Positions 29,567 through 39,233 of a DNA stretch of 64,000 nucleotides are shown piece after piece (the stretch's first letter is position 1; the number at the start of each line of letters is the position of its first letter). Under the pieces are notes generated by a model, which searched no databases, was not told the origin of the DNA, and saw only the letters and a program-made list of their open reading frames with translations. Source of the DNA: Halanaerobacter jeridensis (lineage in GTDB: Bacteria > Bacillota > Halanaerobiia > Halobacteroidales > Halobacteroidaceae); contig NZ_JAFBDQ010000005.1 of the NCBI RefSeq assembly GCF_016908315.1, positions 1-64,000 on the forward strand. Reading direction: 5' to 3'. The position numbers were made by a program, and so were the translations under genes.

Positions 29567-29741
29567 TTTAAGAATACTTTGCCCAGGAGCAACTATTTTT
29601 ATTTGACCGCCAGTAGAACACATTAATTTAGAACCTTCCAATAAAGCAGACTGTTGACCAACTTTCACGTTTTCTTTCACCTTAGTCCATGGTGAGGGAA
29701 GACTAGGCGTACAAGAGCTTTCAGTAATTTTGCAATGACCT
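29567..29741 (-). pseudogene. C-terminal portion of the DUF4280 (PAAR-like) gene, displaced by the miniature IS element
   Basis: rc translation CKITESSCTPSLPSPWTKVKENVKVGQQSALLEGSKLMCSTGGQIKIVAPGQSILKE* matches my recollection of the DUF4280 C-terminal half. Confidence 0.5.
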
Positions 29742-30100
29742 ACTTGAAGGGCAAGCCCGTTCAGGTTTCTTCATTCATTGAAACGAGCCTAATCTAAACC
29801 TACCGAAATGGTAAGACAAATCAGGTCTTACAGTTTCTAGACCAGCCAAAAGACTGGTTGAGGCAACTTACAATGCCTCCAGAAGCTTGAATTCCCGTCA
29901 GCCCGACGGTATGTATTATATTTTAACCCTTTTCTAATTTTATAGAGCAGCTTGGTTGTCGCTTACTCTTTATCGTAGGGTTTCATTTTTTTGACTTATA
30001 TTTAGTATATCTTATTTTAGAAATAATATTCAATTATTTCTAAAATGTTGTCATTTAACCCAAAGGCAAGCCCATTAGGGTTTTCTGACAACTAATGCAA
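29742..30100 (-). mobile_element. miniature, transposase-less IS200/IS605-family derivative (LE and RE only)
   Basis: 29742-29925 is about 95% identical to the RE/omega-RNA region at 44821-45004. LE hairpin cccaaaggcaagcccattaggg at 30058-30085 is homologous to the LE at 46822-46865. Only about 130 bp of AT-rich DNA lies between them. Confidence 0.6.
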
Positions 30101-30884
30101 TAACATTTGCAATTAAATTACCACAGACTTTAGAATTATGTCCTGATACTACTTGTAATTGACTGGGGGTACTTCCAGCGCTACATTTCAGCCTTGCACC
30201 AGAACAGACATACAACTGACCTCCTCCACTAGAACTTCCTTGACTATTACCGCCGCTATTATTTTTGCTCGTCTGACTATAACTTGCTCTATTATTACTG
30301 TTCCTATTAGTTGCTGCACCTTGTTTTCCTTTCTCTTTCTCACTACTGCTACCAACACTAGCAGCAACTTGACCTTGAGCTTTACTTTGTTCTTTGTTTT
30401 GCTGCTTTTTATTTTCTTCTTTTTCTTCCGGAAAGACTATCTTATCGCCTCGGTAAATCCATAAAAAATTATTTTTTATTCGTTTTTCTTCTTTTAAGTA
30501 TTGATTTTCTTTCACTCCTAGTACTGCACCTTTAGTATCTTCTTCTTCCGCACTTTGCTCAAATATCTTTCCTTGCTCTAAATAATAAGGAGCAGGTTTA
30601 TCTAGCCACAAACCATAATCCCCTTCTTTAAAATCATCAATTAAAGCCCAATTTAATTCATTATTCTGATCTAAATATAACATCACTAAGTTACCATCTT
30701 CTTTACGGTATTTATTATCATATTGATCTTTATAATCTATATCTTCTTCCTCTGTTTCTTTAATCCCCGGGCCAATCAAATTGCCATTAATCTTAATTTT
30801 AGTTTTTCTTTTTTCTAAATCAATATTAATTTCACGCTCATCTTTAGCTAGTTTAGTCTTTTGATATTCATTCTTTCCTGTCAT
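30075..30884 (-). pseudogene. DUF4280/PAAR-like domain protein, interrupted by the miniature IS element
   Basis: C-terminal LYVCSGARLKCSAGSTPSQLQVVSGHNSKVCGNLIAN equals the DUF4280 N-terminal half. Reading frame runs into the element LE and stops. N-terminal region has the EGDYGLWLDKP module shared with the adjacent lipase protein. Confidence 0.55.
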
Positions 30885-30906
30885 TTTACCCCACCCTCAA
30901 ATAATT

Positions 30907-33900
30907 TTAAGCATAACAAATTAGTTTATCCCTTTCTTTACGATTGAATTTAGAATTAGCTCCAGCTATTTCATCAATCCTATTAAGCGGTAATTTAATT
31001 CCATAATCACCGTTCCGAAACTTCTTAATCATTATCTTCCACTGCTGATTCGAACCATATTTAATTACTAAATCATACTTGTCGTCATAACAATTTTGGC
31101 TATACTCACAATATAAAGTGGCCGTTTTATATTTCTTGACTTTAACTTCATAAAAAGTCTTTATTCCATAAGTATTACCATCTGAATTAGCTATTCTTTT
31201 CAGCTTAGGTAACTGCTTAAAATTAAGTTCAGCTAAATTATGCAGTTGTCCAAATAATTTTAGTAGGATCTTGCCGCTGCCGTCTGATTCCATAACGACG
31301 CCGTTAAAACTACTTGTTCCTTCATCTTCTCGTTTGTAAGTTGGAGTTGATTCTCCGTTATAAAATATATATTGGTCTGGTGACTGACCTCGGTTATCTT
31401 GAAACTTGAATTTAGCATGGTTCAGACCGTAGTCTCCATTTTCAAAACCATTAATTAATAAGGCATTGTTATAGTCACCAAAATTAATTACTAAATTGCC
31501 CAGCTCTTTTAGATAAGTAAAAGTGATCTTATCACCATTTAAACAGACATTTTTTTGCGTATCCTTTGCAACTTCAGTCTTACTTAATAAACTAGCTGCA
31601 TCCCTATAGTCCTGCTTTCCAAACTTCAGCAGTATCTTTCCACTGCCGTTACTTTCCTCTTCTACAGTATTATTATGCTGCCAAAAACCGCTGCTGCCTG
31701 CAGTAAATTTATATTCACAGTTACTTCTATCCAGTTGGACTACCAAATTCCGACTGCCGTAGAGGACTGTGGCATAATTAACTACTTCATCTTCAAGATC
31801 GTATCTTCTCCTACTACCGTATAACACATCTTCCGGCACGATAAATTCTAAACCAAAGTCACCATATTGATAGTTATCTATTATGACTTTACCGCCGTAC
31901 TTAGAAAAGTACTGTTTGTTATTGCCAAAACTTGCCCCATAACTATAATTAACTTCTACAGTAGACTCTTCAGGAATATAAGCATAATAAAAGCCGAACT
32001 TATCCGTGAATTCATACTTTAATTTATTCTCTATAAGTTCTACTTCATTTTTAAATTCTAAGTCTTGACCTAATAACTTCTGCTCGCCATTCGGTAGAGC
32101 AATTTTCAATCCATCACCACTAATTTTAGAGTTTTCCTGTTGGCGGTGGGCATAAATCTCATAATACTGCAGTTCTCTGATTCCATCATCAACTATCTCC
32201 GCCTCTAAACTACCTTCTACTCTATGTACACGCGGGAGATAGATGCCATAATCTCCATTCACAAACTCATCTATTCTTGTCCTATTTAACTTTTCTGTCG
32301 TAAATTCAGTCACACCATCTTTAGTTGCGCTTGGCCCGTAATAAGCAATCAGTACGTTTTCTTCTGGTTGACTAAAATTAGGCTGTAAGTGATATTCTAC
32401 TTTAAAATCTTGCTCTGCAAATACTTCTTCATATATTTCAGTGCCATAATACTTATCTTCATCTTCTTTTAGATTATTTAAATACTCCTCTTGAATCTCA
32501 ATTTTCTTTCCTAACTGTACTTCATTAATTATGATATCAGTCTGGGGATCACTGTCTTGATTATAAGTATCTATTTGGCCCATGCCCATCACAAACTCAA
32601 ACGGATCTCTTTGAGACTTACTATTCTCTTCTAGTTTACTGCTGCCAAATAAATTATGCCTATTTGGTGGAGCCGTAATGTTCATTTTTATCTGTTGGGA
32701 AGAATTAGTAATTGGAGTGCTGTGGTAGATTGTTTCTTCCTCCTGCGTTACCCCTGCTGTCCCTAAGAATAACTGCTTGATGTTTCCAGATGATGACCAG
32801 CGCCATAATTTTTTCCTGTCTTGTTCATCTATTTTCTTTAGTTGCGCTAAAATAGCAGTATCTAAGCTATACTCACTATTATTTTCATCAATTACTATTG
32901 TATATTTACATTCATTATAAATAGTTATTAATATTTTTAGCAAAGAAGACTCCTCTATTGTTATCCATTCTTCATTTAAATCCTGGTTAATATTATTTTT
33001 AGTAACTTCATCTAACTTCCGACCTTGCTGTTTAACACTATTAAATAAAGTTGCCTTAGATAATTTAAATAAATTATCTTGAAAAGTTTCTTCAGTCTTC
33101 TTTCTACTAGCTGATTTATATTTTAAATATAACTCTTCTAATTCTTTTAAATCATTACCATCATCAGTTATTTCTAAAATTATATATTTTATTATTGAAC
33201 GCAAATAATCATAACTCAAACTATCTGTTAACTCTCCGATTTCTGCTGTCCCGCCTTTATAATTTTCTGGTTCTCCTATGTTACCTTTCTTTTCTAATAA
33301 TATATAAGGGTAAAATATATTAACACCATGCTGCTTAGCTAATTCTAATTCTTCTCCTCCTATTTCACCTGCCCCATCTTTAAGAGAACCTTCTTCTATT
33401 AAATCCGAATATTTTATTTCGCTATTATCTTTAAATTCTTTATCTACTAAATAGCAGTTACCTACATGCTTAAAAATTGTTCCCGTAATATCATAAGAAT
33501 TAGCATAATTTTGGAGATTTGACTTATCCAATTTTTTATATTTTTCAGCAAAACGTAATTTTCTATTTGCAAGTTCAAATGCTATCTCTTCTAATTCCTC
33601 AGCCTCTTCAATCGGCATAATTAAAGATAAACCAGATTCTTTTATCAAACTATCCTCTATTAATGCTTGTTTATAATCTTTCTGCAGTGCTAATAACTGC
33701 TCAGTAAATTGATCAGTATCACTAATATCTTCAAATTGTTGATAACCCTCACTAAGCAACTCATCTTTTAAGTTGTCAATCTTACCTTGGAGTAAACTTT
33801 TTTTATTTAAATCATTATTCAACTCCATCTGATAAGTAAATTGATTATAATCTCCTGCTTCCATTCTCTCTTCAATTGCTTTGATTTCTTGCTTGAACTT

Positions 33901-35025
33901 TTTTACTTTATCTGCTGCTTCATCAATCATATCTAATCTATGTTTTACTAATTCTCTAATAAATTTAATCCTATCTATTTCCGGAATTCCTGCCTCATTC
34001 TTTTTTACAAATTTAGAATTTATACTAGTTCCTTGAATAATATCTGACTTTTGAATTTCCTGATAGACCCTCTTATCAAGTTCATCTCTTAAGTCTCTTT
34101 CCCCTATTAAAACTTTATTAACTAAAAAGAGCAAAGCATCCTTATAGCCTAAAAACTCATTACCATAGAAATTCTTAAAATGTTTAATTCCAATTCCATT
34201 CCACGTCTTACAATAAACATGATGACCATTCCCTTGAGCCATAACTGCTGCATACTGAGCTAATCCTCCAGCTAAGGAATGTCCAGTGAAAGTGAAAGAG
34301 TAATTCTTATATTCCGAATGATCTTTTAAAATAAGTTTATAAAAATTTTCTGCCTTATCAAATTGCTCACTAGGAATACCAGCAGCAATCAAAGAATTAG
34401 TCATTGTATGATCTCTAGTTTCATTTGTCCCCCGATAAGCAATGATTATTTCTTTATCACCTTCATTTACAAAAGCTGCTGCATAAAATCCATCGCCTGC
34501 ACCTAAATCTCCTTCCAAGAACTTATCTATTTTACTATAAACTAAATCTTCTAATTGATTGACCAACGCCCAATTAGTCAAATTAAAAGAAATTGCCGCT
34601 TTATTTAATTTTGCTAGCACAGGTAACAGAGGTACTTGTTTTATAACTAATGATAATACATCCGGGTCAGTTCCTGCATCGATCATAGGACCTGCTTGAC
34701 CCATTACAAAATTCATAATTACAGATTTTATTTTATAAAATAAATTATTTGGCTCTTCTTTTCTTTCTAAATTATTTTCTCCATCTTTCATTAAAAATTT
34801 CCAATTACTTAATTGATCATAGTTAGTATAATTAACTTCCAATCTATTCTTTCTATATTTGGGATCATCTTTAAATCTATTTTCCGCTGAATTAAAAAAT
34901 ATTTCTTCTATAGTAGAATTTTCATCTCCCCCATCCGCTTTTTTACCATTATAAAAATCTTCATAAACCATATCACTAAAAATCAAACTTAAATAATCAT
35001 TTGCTTTTGGCTTTTTTCCACTCAT
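30907..35025 (-). CDS. giant class-3 lipase (alpha/beta hydrolase) domain protein with C-terminal NGDYG repeat modules; candidate toxin/effector
   Basis: 1372 aa. Lipase_3 nucleophile elbow FTGHSLAGGLAQY preceded by AYRGTNET. Repeated modules NGDYGIYLP, NGDYGIKLP, GDYGLNHAKF and GDFGLEFIV. No signal peptide. Confidence 0.6.
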   Translation of the reverse strand: MSGKKPKANDYLSLIFSDMVYEDFYNGKKADGGDENSTIEEIFFNSAENRFKDDPKYRKNRLEVNYTNYDQLSNWKFLMKDGENNLERKEEPNNLFYKIKSVIMNFVMGQAGPMIDAGTDPDVLSLVIKQVPLLPVLAKLNKAAISFNLTNWALVNQLEDLVYSKIDKFLEGDLGAGDGFYAAAFVNEGDKEIIIAYRGTNETRDHTMTNSLIAAGIPSEQFDKAENFYKLILKDHSEYKNYSFTFTGHSLAGGLAQYAAVMAQGNGHHVYCKTWNGIGIKHFKNFYGNEFLGYKDALLFLVNKVLIGERDLRDELDKRVYQEIQKSDIIQGTSINSKFVKKNEAGIPEIDRIKFIRELVKHRLDMIDEAADKVKKFKQEIKAIEERMEAGDYNQFTYQMELNNDLNKKSLLQGKIDNLKDELLSEGYQQFEDISDTDQFTEQLLALQKDYKQALIEDSLIKESGLSLIMPIEEAEELEEIAFELANRKLRFAEKYKKLDKSNLQNYANSYDITGTIFKHVGNCYLVDKEFKDNSEIKYSDLIEEGSLKDGAGEIGGEELELAKQHGVNIFYPYILLEKKGNIGEPENYKGGTAEIGELTDSLSYDYLRSIIKYIILEITDDGNDLKELEELYLKYKSASRKKTEETFQDNLFKLSKATLFNSVKQQGRKLDEVTKNNINQDLNEEWITIEESSLLKILITIYNECKYTIVIDENNSEYSLDTAILAQLKKIDEQDRKKLWRWSSSGNIKQLFLGTAGVTQEEETIYHSTPITNSSQQIKMNITAPPNRHNLFGSSKLEENSKSQRDPFEFVMGMGQIDTYNQDSDPQTDIIINEVQLGKKIEIQEEYLNNLKEDEDKYYGTEIYEEVFAEQDFKVEYHLQPNFSQPEENVLIAYYGPSATKDGVTEFTTEKLNRTRIDEFVNGDYGIYLPRVHRVEGSLEAEIVDDGIRELQYYEIYAHRQQENSKISGDGLKIALPNGEQKLLGQDLEFKNEVELIENKLKYEFTDKFGFYYAYIPEESTVEVNYSYGASFGNNKQYFSKYGGKVIIDNYQYGDFGLEFIVPEDVLYGSRRRYDLEDEVVNYATVLYGSRNLVVQLDRSNCEYKFTAGSSGFWQHNNTVEEESNGSGKILLKFGKQDYRDAASLLSKTEVAKDTQKNVCLNGDKITFTYLKELGNLVINFGDYNNALLINGFENGDYGLNHAKFKFQDNRGQSPDQYIFYNGESTPTYKREDEGTSSFNGVVMESDGSGKILLKLFGQLHNLAELNFKQLPKLKRIANSDGNTYGIKTFYEVKVKKYKTATLYCEYSQNCYDDKYDLVIKYGSNQQWKIMIKKFRNGDYGIKLPLNRIDEIAGANSKFNRKERDKLICYA

Positions 35026-35178
35026 TGATCTCCTCCTCTGTAATTAAATAATTATTTCTATAACTATTTTTTATCTCTTCTATTTCTTTTTTATATCCCT
35101 CCCAACCAGTTTTTGAAATGCAATCCTCTTGAATATCACTAACAGAATTGATTTTTTTATAATCTTCACTTCTAATTT

Positions 35179-35934
35179 TTAAGTTATATTTTTTTCTGCC
35201 ATGTATATTCTAGCTCTACTATACTTTGCATGACCATCATAACCATCTTTCATTAAATCTATGTCATTACTAAATACATCTGTCGCATTCAGTAACCAAT
35301 TTACATCTATATCTTTAAATAATTCTCCTCTATATATATAAATATATATGCCTGACCTCTTTAAATCTTGTCCTTCTAGCTTTTCTTTGAGTCGTAAAAC
35401 ACTTCTTAAAAAATTTTCTTTATCTTTTTTTATTACATTTTTAAATATGTGAATATGCGGCAATATATAAGTGTTTTCGTGATCTTCTTCAAATAATTCT
35501 TTTTGGGAAGGAATATGGTCCCAATTTGAATAAGTACCCCCATTAACATAAAAAACTTTTTTTTCATAAGGAAAAAGGTCTTCAATCATATTTTCGTAAT
35601 ATTGATTAATATTGTGCCCTACTCGTCTTCTCCCATATCTATCCCAAACTGAATTACCGTATTTATGACCGCCTGTCCGAGCTTCAAATACAAATTCTTT
35701 ATCATCCACTGGATTACAATAAGCTACATAAACATTTGTCTCACTTATGTATCTCATCTTTTTCATCTCAAATTTTTCATGATAACCACTTTCTAAGTTT
35801 TCTTTTATCCGTTGATATATCTCAGGATAATCTCGCTTAGGATTTCTGGTGACACTTGGTTGAAAACTACAGCCCATAATGCTAATCATTAACAATAATA
35901 AAATCAACATTTTCTTTATTCCATTTACTTTCAC
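35179..35934 (-). CDS. hypothetical lipoprotein
   Basis: Lipobox signal MKKMLILLLLMISIMGC at the N-terminus. Confidence 0.5.
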   Translation of the reverse strand: MKVNGIKKMLILLLLMISIMGCSFQPSVTRNPKRDYPEIYQRIKENLESGYHEKFEMKKMRYISETNVYVAYCNPVDDKEFVFEARTGGHKYGNSVWDRYGRRRVGHNINQYYENMIEDLFPYEKKVFYVNGGTYSNWDHIPSQKELFEEDHENTYILPHIHIFKNVIKKDKENFLRSVLRLKEKLEGQDLKRSGIYIYIYRGELFKDIDVNWLLNATDVFSNDIDLMKDGYDGHAKYSRARIYMAEKNIT

Positions 35935-36146
35935 TTTATCACCTCATTACTCCAATTTTTTATCTCCCTTCAATTAACAGCAGACTCTCATTTATTAACG
36001 GATTCCTAAAATTACTGTGAACATGTTTCGCAGTGAATCTAAATTTGCTACCCAAAGAATAGTTCATTAAATTTATTTTACCATTTTATTCTAATCTTTT
36101 CAACTATAGTAAGTCATATATTGAGAGAACTTATGTGAAATAAAAA

Positions 36147-36404
36147 TTATAATTTAATTTTTGTTCCCAACATCTCTAAAAACTTAGCTAACCATTCCGG
36201 ATGAGCCGGCCACGCAGGAGCAGTAACTAAATTATCATCTACATGAGCAGCATCAACATCTTTATCTACCCAACTTCCTTTAGAATTAACAACTTCTGTT
36301 TTTACCGCAGGATAGGCAGTACACTCTTTATTTTCTAATACATTAGCAGCAGCTAATACTTGAATCCCATGACAAATAGCAGCTATCGGTTTATTAGTTT
36401 TCAT
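36147..36404 (-). pseudogene. DJ-1/PfpI-family C-terminal fragment
   Basis: PIAAICHGIQVLAAANVL... matches only the C-terminal half of DJ-1/PfpI proteins. It starts right after a terminator with no RBS. Confidence 0.5.
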
Positions 36405-36480
36405 AATATGTATTTAAATACCATTCTTTGCATTCCTGCAAAGCTCAATTCTTTATTATTACCTAAATCCTTTGCTTTAT

Positions 36481-36522
36481 ACAAAATAAAAATCTCCCGA
36501 GAATAATCTAGGAGATTTTTTA
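36481..36522. terminator. bidirectional Rho-independent terminator
   Basis: atctcccgagaataatctaggagat flanked by A/T runs. Confidence 0.65.
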
Positions 36523-36549
36523 AACTTACTATTTACTTTTTATCTTTTG

Positions 36550-37293
36550 CTATTTCTTTAAACCAGCAATCCCTGCTAACATATTTTGATAATGCGACCC
36601 CTTCCAATATACTTTATTACACTGCTGACATAAATAAAACTCCTGATAATACTGCTTTGTTTTGGGTTCTAATTTATCAATTATTTTTTCTTTCTCTACT
36701 GCTTTTAGAAGCGTATTACATTCAGTACACCGGCCTCGCTGACCAACTTTGCCAAATAAATCATAGCGGCTTAAGACTGAATGCAGCTGCCGGCGCGGAT
36801 CATCTTCACGGACAAAGTAGCCGTAATTTACTCTACTTCTTTTCAATAGTCCATGGTCCCTAGTTAATAAAATCCTATCTTCTTCATCAGAAATTTGAGC
36901 CAATTCTGGATCATCATAATCATTGCGATACCAGCTATCAAAACCAAGCATTCTCATATAACGGGCCAATTTACCTAAATGAGCATCTAATACAAATTGA
37001 TACGGTGGCTCATATAGAGGGCGGAGCCTAATATCAGAAATAAGAGCAAAAGTTCTAAAAGCCGGATAAACACTAATCGAATCTTCAGCTTGGACATGAT
37101 AAGAAAAATCAACCGGTTCTCCATTACTCAAAATCAAACTCACCTCAGGGTGTGGTACACCAATACTCTCAATTCTATCTTTCACTGACTGGATACCTTT
37201 AAATTGATGATGATGCCAAGTTCCGGACTGTCCAGGTGGGAAGAAATCATTCAATTCAGCATAAAATCTAAAATAAGCCGTTTTCATCTTCAA
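36550..37293 (-). CDS. Mut7-C/PIN-like RNase-domain protein with C-terminal zinc ribbon
   Basis: 247 aa. C-terminal CTECN...CQQCNKVYWKGSH zinc ribbon. Overall resembles the DUF82/Mut7-C family. Confidence 0.45.
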   Translation of the reverse strand: MKMKTAYFRFYAELNDFFPPGQSGTWHHHQFKGIQSVKDRIESIGVPHPEVSLILSNGEPVDFSYHVQAEDSISVYPAFRTFALISDIRLRPLYEPPYQFVLDAHLGKLARYMRMLGFDSWYRNDYDDPELAQISDEEDRILLTRDHGLLKRSRVNYGYFVREDDPRRQLHSVLSRYDLFGKVGQRGRCTECNTLLKAVEKEKIIDKLEPKTKQYYQEFYLCQQCNKVYWKGSHYQNMLAGIAGLKK

Positions 37294-37423
37294 TACGCCC
37301 TCCTTAATACAATTTACATATTTTCTCTGTATTATTATAACTTCTAGCTAATAATTAATTCTTCCTCTTGCAAATAAAAAACTTCTGGAGTTCAACCCCC
37401 AGAAGTAACTCTGCTTATCTTGA

Positions 37424-39019
37424 TTAAATTTTAAAGTAAGCAACTTCTTCTTGTAATTCTTGCGACATGGTTGCTAATTCTTGTGCTGATTCAGAAACTT
37501 CTTCTGACATAGTATCGATATCTTCAGCAGCATTCATCACTTCATCAGTATCTTTAACTAATGTCTGAGAAGCATGAGCAGTTTCTTCAATTTGAGCAGA
37601 AGTTTCTCCACTAGCATTTTTTATCTCAGCAAAAACTTCTCCTGTATTTTCAGCAATAGTTTGTCCTGTTTGGGCTTTTTCTTCTACTTCTCTAATAGCC
37701 TTAAGGCCAACTTTAGTTTTACTCTGTGTCTTATCAATTAGATTAGCAATCTTATCCGTAGCTTGAGAAGTTTCTTGAGCTAATTCTCTAATTTCATCCG
37801 CTACTACAGCAAATCCCTGTCCGTGTTCTCCGGCTCGAGCAGCTTCAATAGCAGCATTTAAAGCTAATAAATTAGTTTGCTCAGCAATACTATTAATTAA
37901 ATTAATTATATTCTCAATCTCTTCAGAATTATTATCTAAATCATCAATAGCATTTACTGCTTTAGAAACTAACTGATTAATATTATTTACATTAGTAATT
38001 GTGTCTTGAATATTTTTATCTCCTGTTTCTGTTTGGGCATTAGCTTCTTGAGCAAAACCAGCTACTTCTTCTGTACTAGCTGAAATCTGTTGAATACTAG
38101 AAGCCATCTTTTCAATTAAGTGTTTCGTAGTATCAATTGAAGCATTCCCCTCTTCTGCCGCAGCTGATAATTGCTGGCTATAAGCTGATAAATCTTCTGT
38201 CTTATCTAATAAATTAGTAATAATCTTTTTTAACTTATCCTGCATTTGAGTTAAAGCAGTTACTAAATCACTAACTTCATCATTAGATTTAACTTCTATC
38301 GCCTCTATAGTTAAATTACCCGATGCTATTTCATCAGCAAAATTAACAGCTTTATTTATAGGGCCAGAAATTCTTTTATTAATCAATAATGCAATTCCTA
38401 ATCCAATTATAATTGCTATAATAGTACTAATTAATATCACCTTTTGAGCTAAATTAACTTTCGTTTTTGCTATATTAAGGTTTCTTTCTTGCTCAGTAGT
38501 TAAATAATTTTGATATTGATTAAAATTGCTTTGTACTTTCTTTAAACTTTCATGCGTTTGATTATTATAAATTTCTAAGGCTAATTGATAGCCTTGCCCA
38601 TTTTGTATCCCTTGATTTTCTTTAATCTCAATAATTTTTTTAGCTGACTGATGAAGTTCTTTATGAGGCTGTTCAATATCTTTTAAAGTTTTCTGTATTT
38701 CAGACGGCATTTTCTTAAATTCTTCTGTATCCAATAATTGATAATATGTTTTCCCGAAAGCACATTGAGTATGGTCTAATTCTCCCGAAAAATCTTCTTG
38801 ATGTAAAATTACATCTGCTAAAGAATTCACCCATTCTAAATGATCAATCTCTCTTTCTAAAACATTTATTTTTTCAGCAGTTGAATTTTCCGCTTTTGAA
38901 TTAAAATTTTCAATTTCACCTATAAAATAAAAAGAAACTCCTCCCATAATTACCATCAATAACAAAACAATACCAAAACCACCTAAAATCTTTTGTTTAA
39001 TAGTTAATCTCATTATCAA
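37424..39019 (-). CDS. methyl-accepting chemotaxis protein
   Basis: N-terminal TM, sensor, second TM/HAMP, and MA domain ([16 protein letters not shown]...[32 protein letters not shown]). Confidence 0.85.
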   Translation of the reverse strand: MIMRLTIKQKILGGFGIVLLLMVIMGGVSFYFIGEIENFNSKAENSTAEKINVLEREIDHLEWVNSLADVILHQEDFSGELDHTQCAFGKTYYQLLDTEEFKKMPSEIQKTLKDIEQPHKELHQSAKKIIEIKENQGIQNGQGYQLALEIYNNQTHESLKKVQSNFNQYQNYLTTEQERNLNIAKTKVNLAQKVILISTIIAIIIGLGIALLINKRISGPINKAVNFADEIASGNLTIEAIEVKSNDEVSDLVTALTQMQDKLKKIITNLLDKTEDLSAYSQQLSAAAEEGNASIDTTKHLIEKMASSIQQISASTEEVAGFAQEANAQTETGDKNIQDTITNVNNINQLVSKAVNAIDDLDNNSEEIENIINLINSIAEQTNLLALNAAIEAARAGEHGQGFAVVADEIRELAQETSQATDKIANLIDKTQSKTKVGLKAIREVEEKAQTGQTIAENTGEVFAEIKNASGETSAQIEETAHASQTLVKDTDEVMNAAEDIDTMSEEVSESAQELATMSQELQEEVAYFKI

Positions 39020-39233
39020 CCCTCCAACACTTCCAATTTATTTAATAATTTTATTGGCCTTAACAAAAATAATAATCATTATCATAATTATATCATAAAT
39101 TACATAAAATTTCAGCAATTATTTTTTAAATTTAAGTTAAATTATAATAATTAACAGGAATTTTTGTTATCTATAACGAAATTAAGATAATGAACTCTTA
39201 AACCAAATCATTTATGGAGGTGGCAATTTTGAA

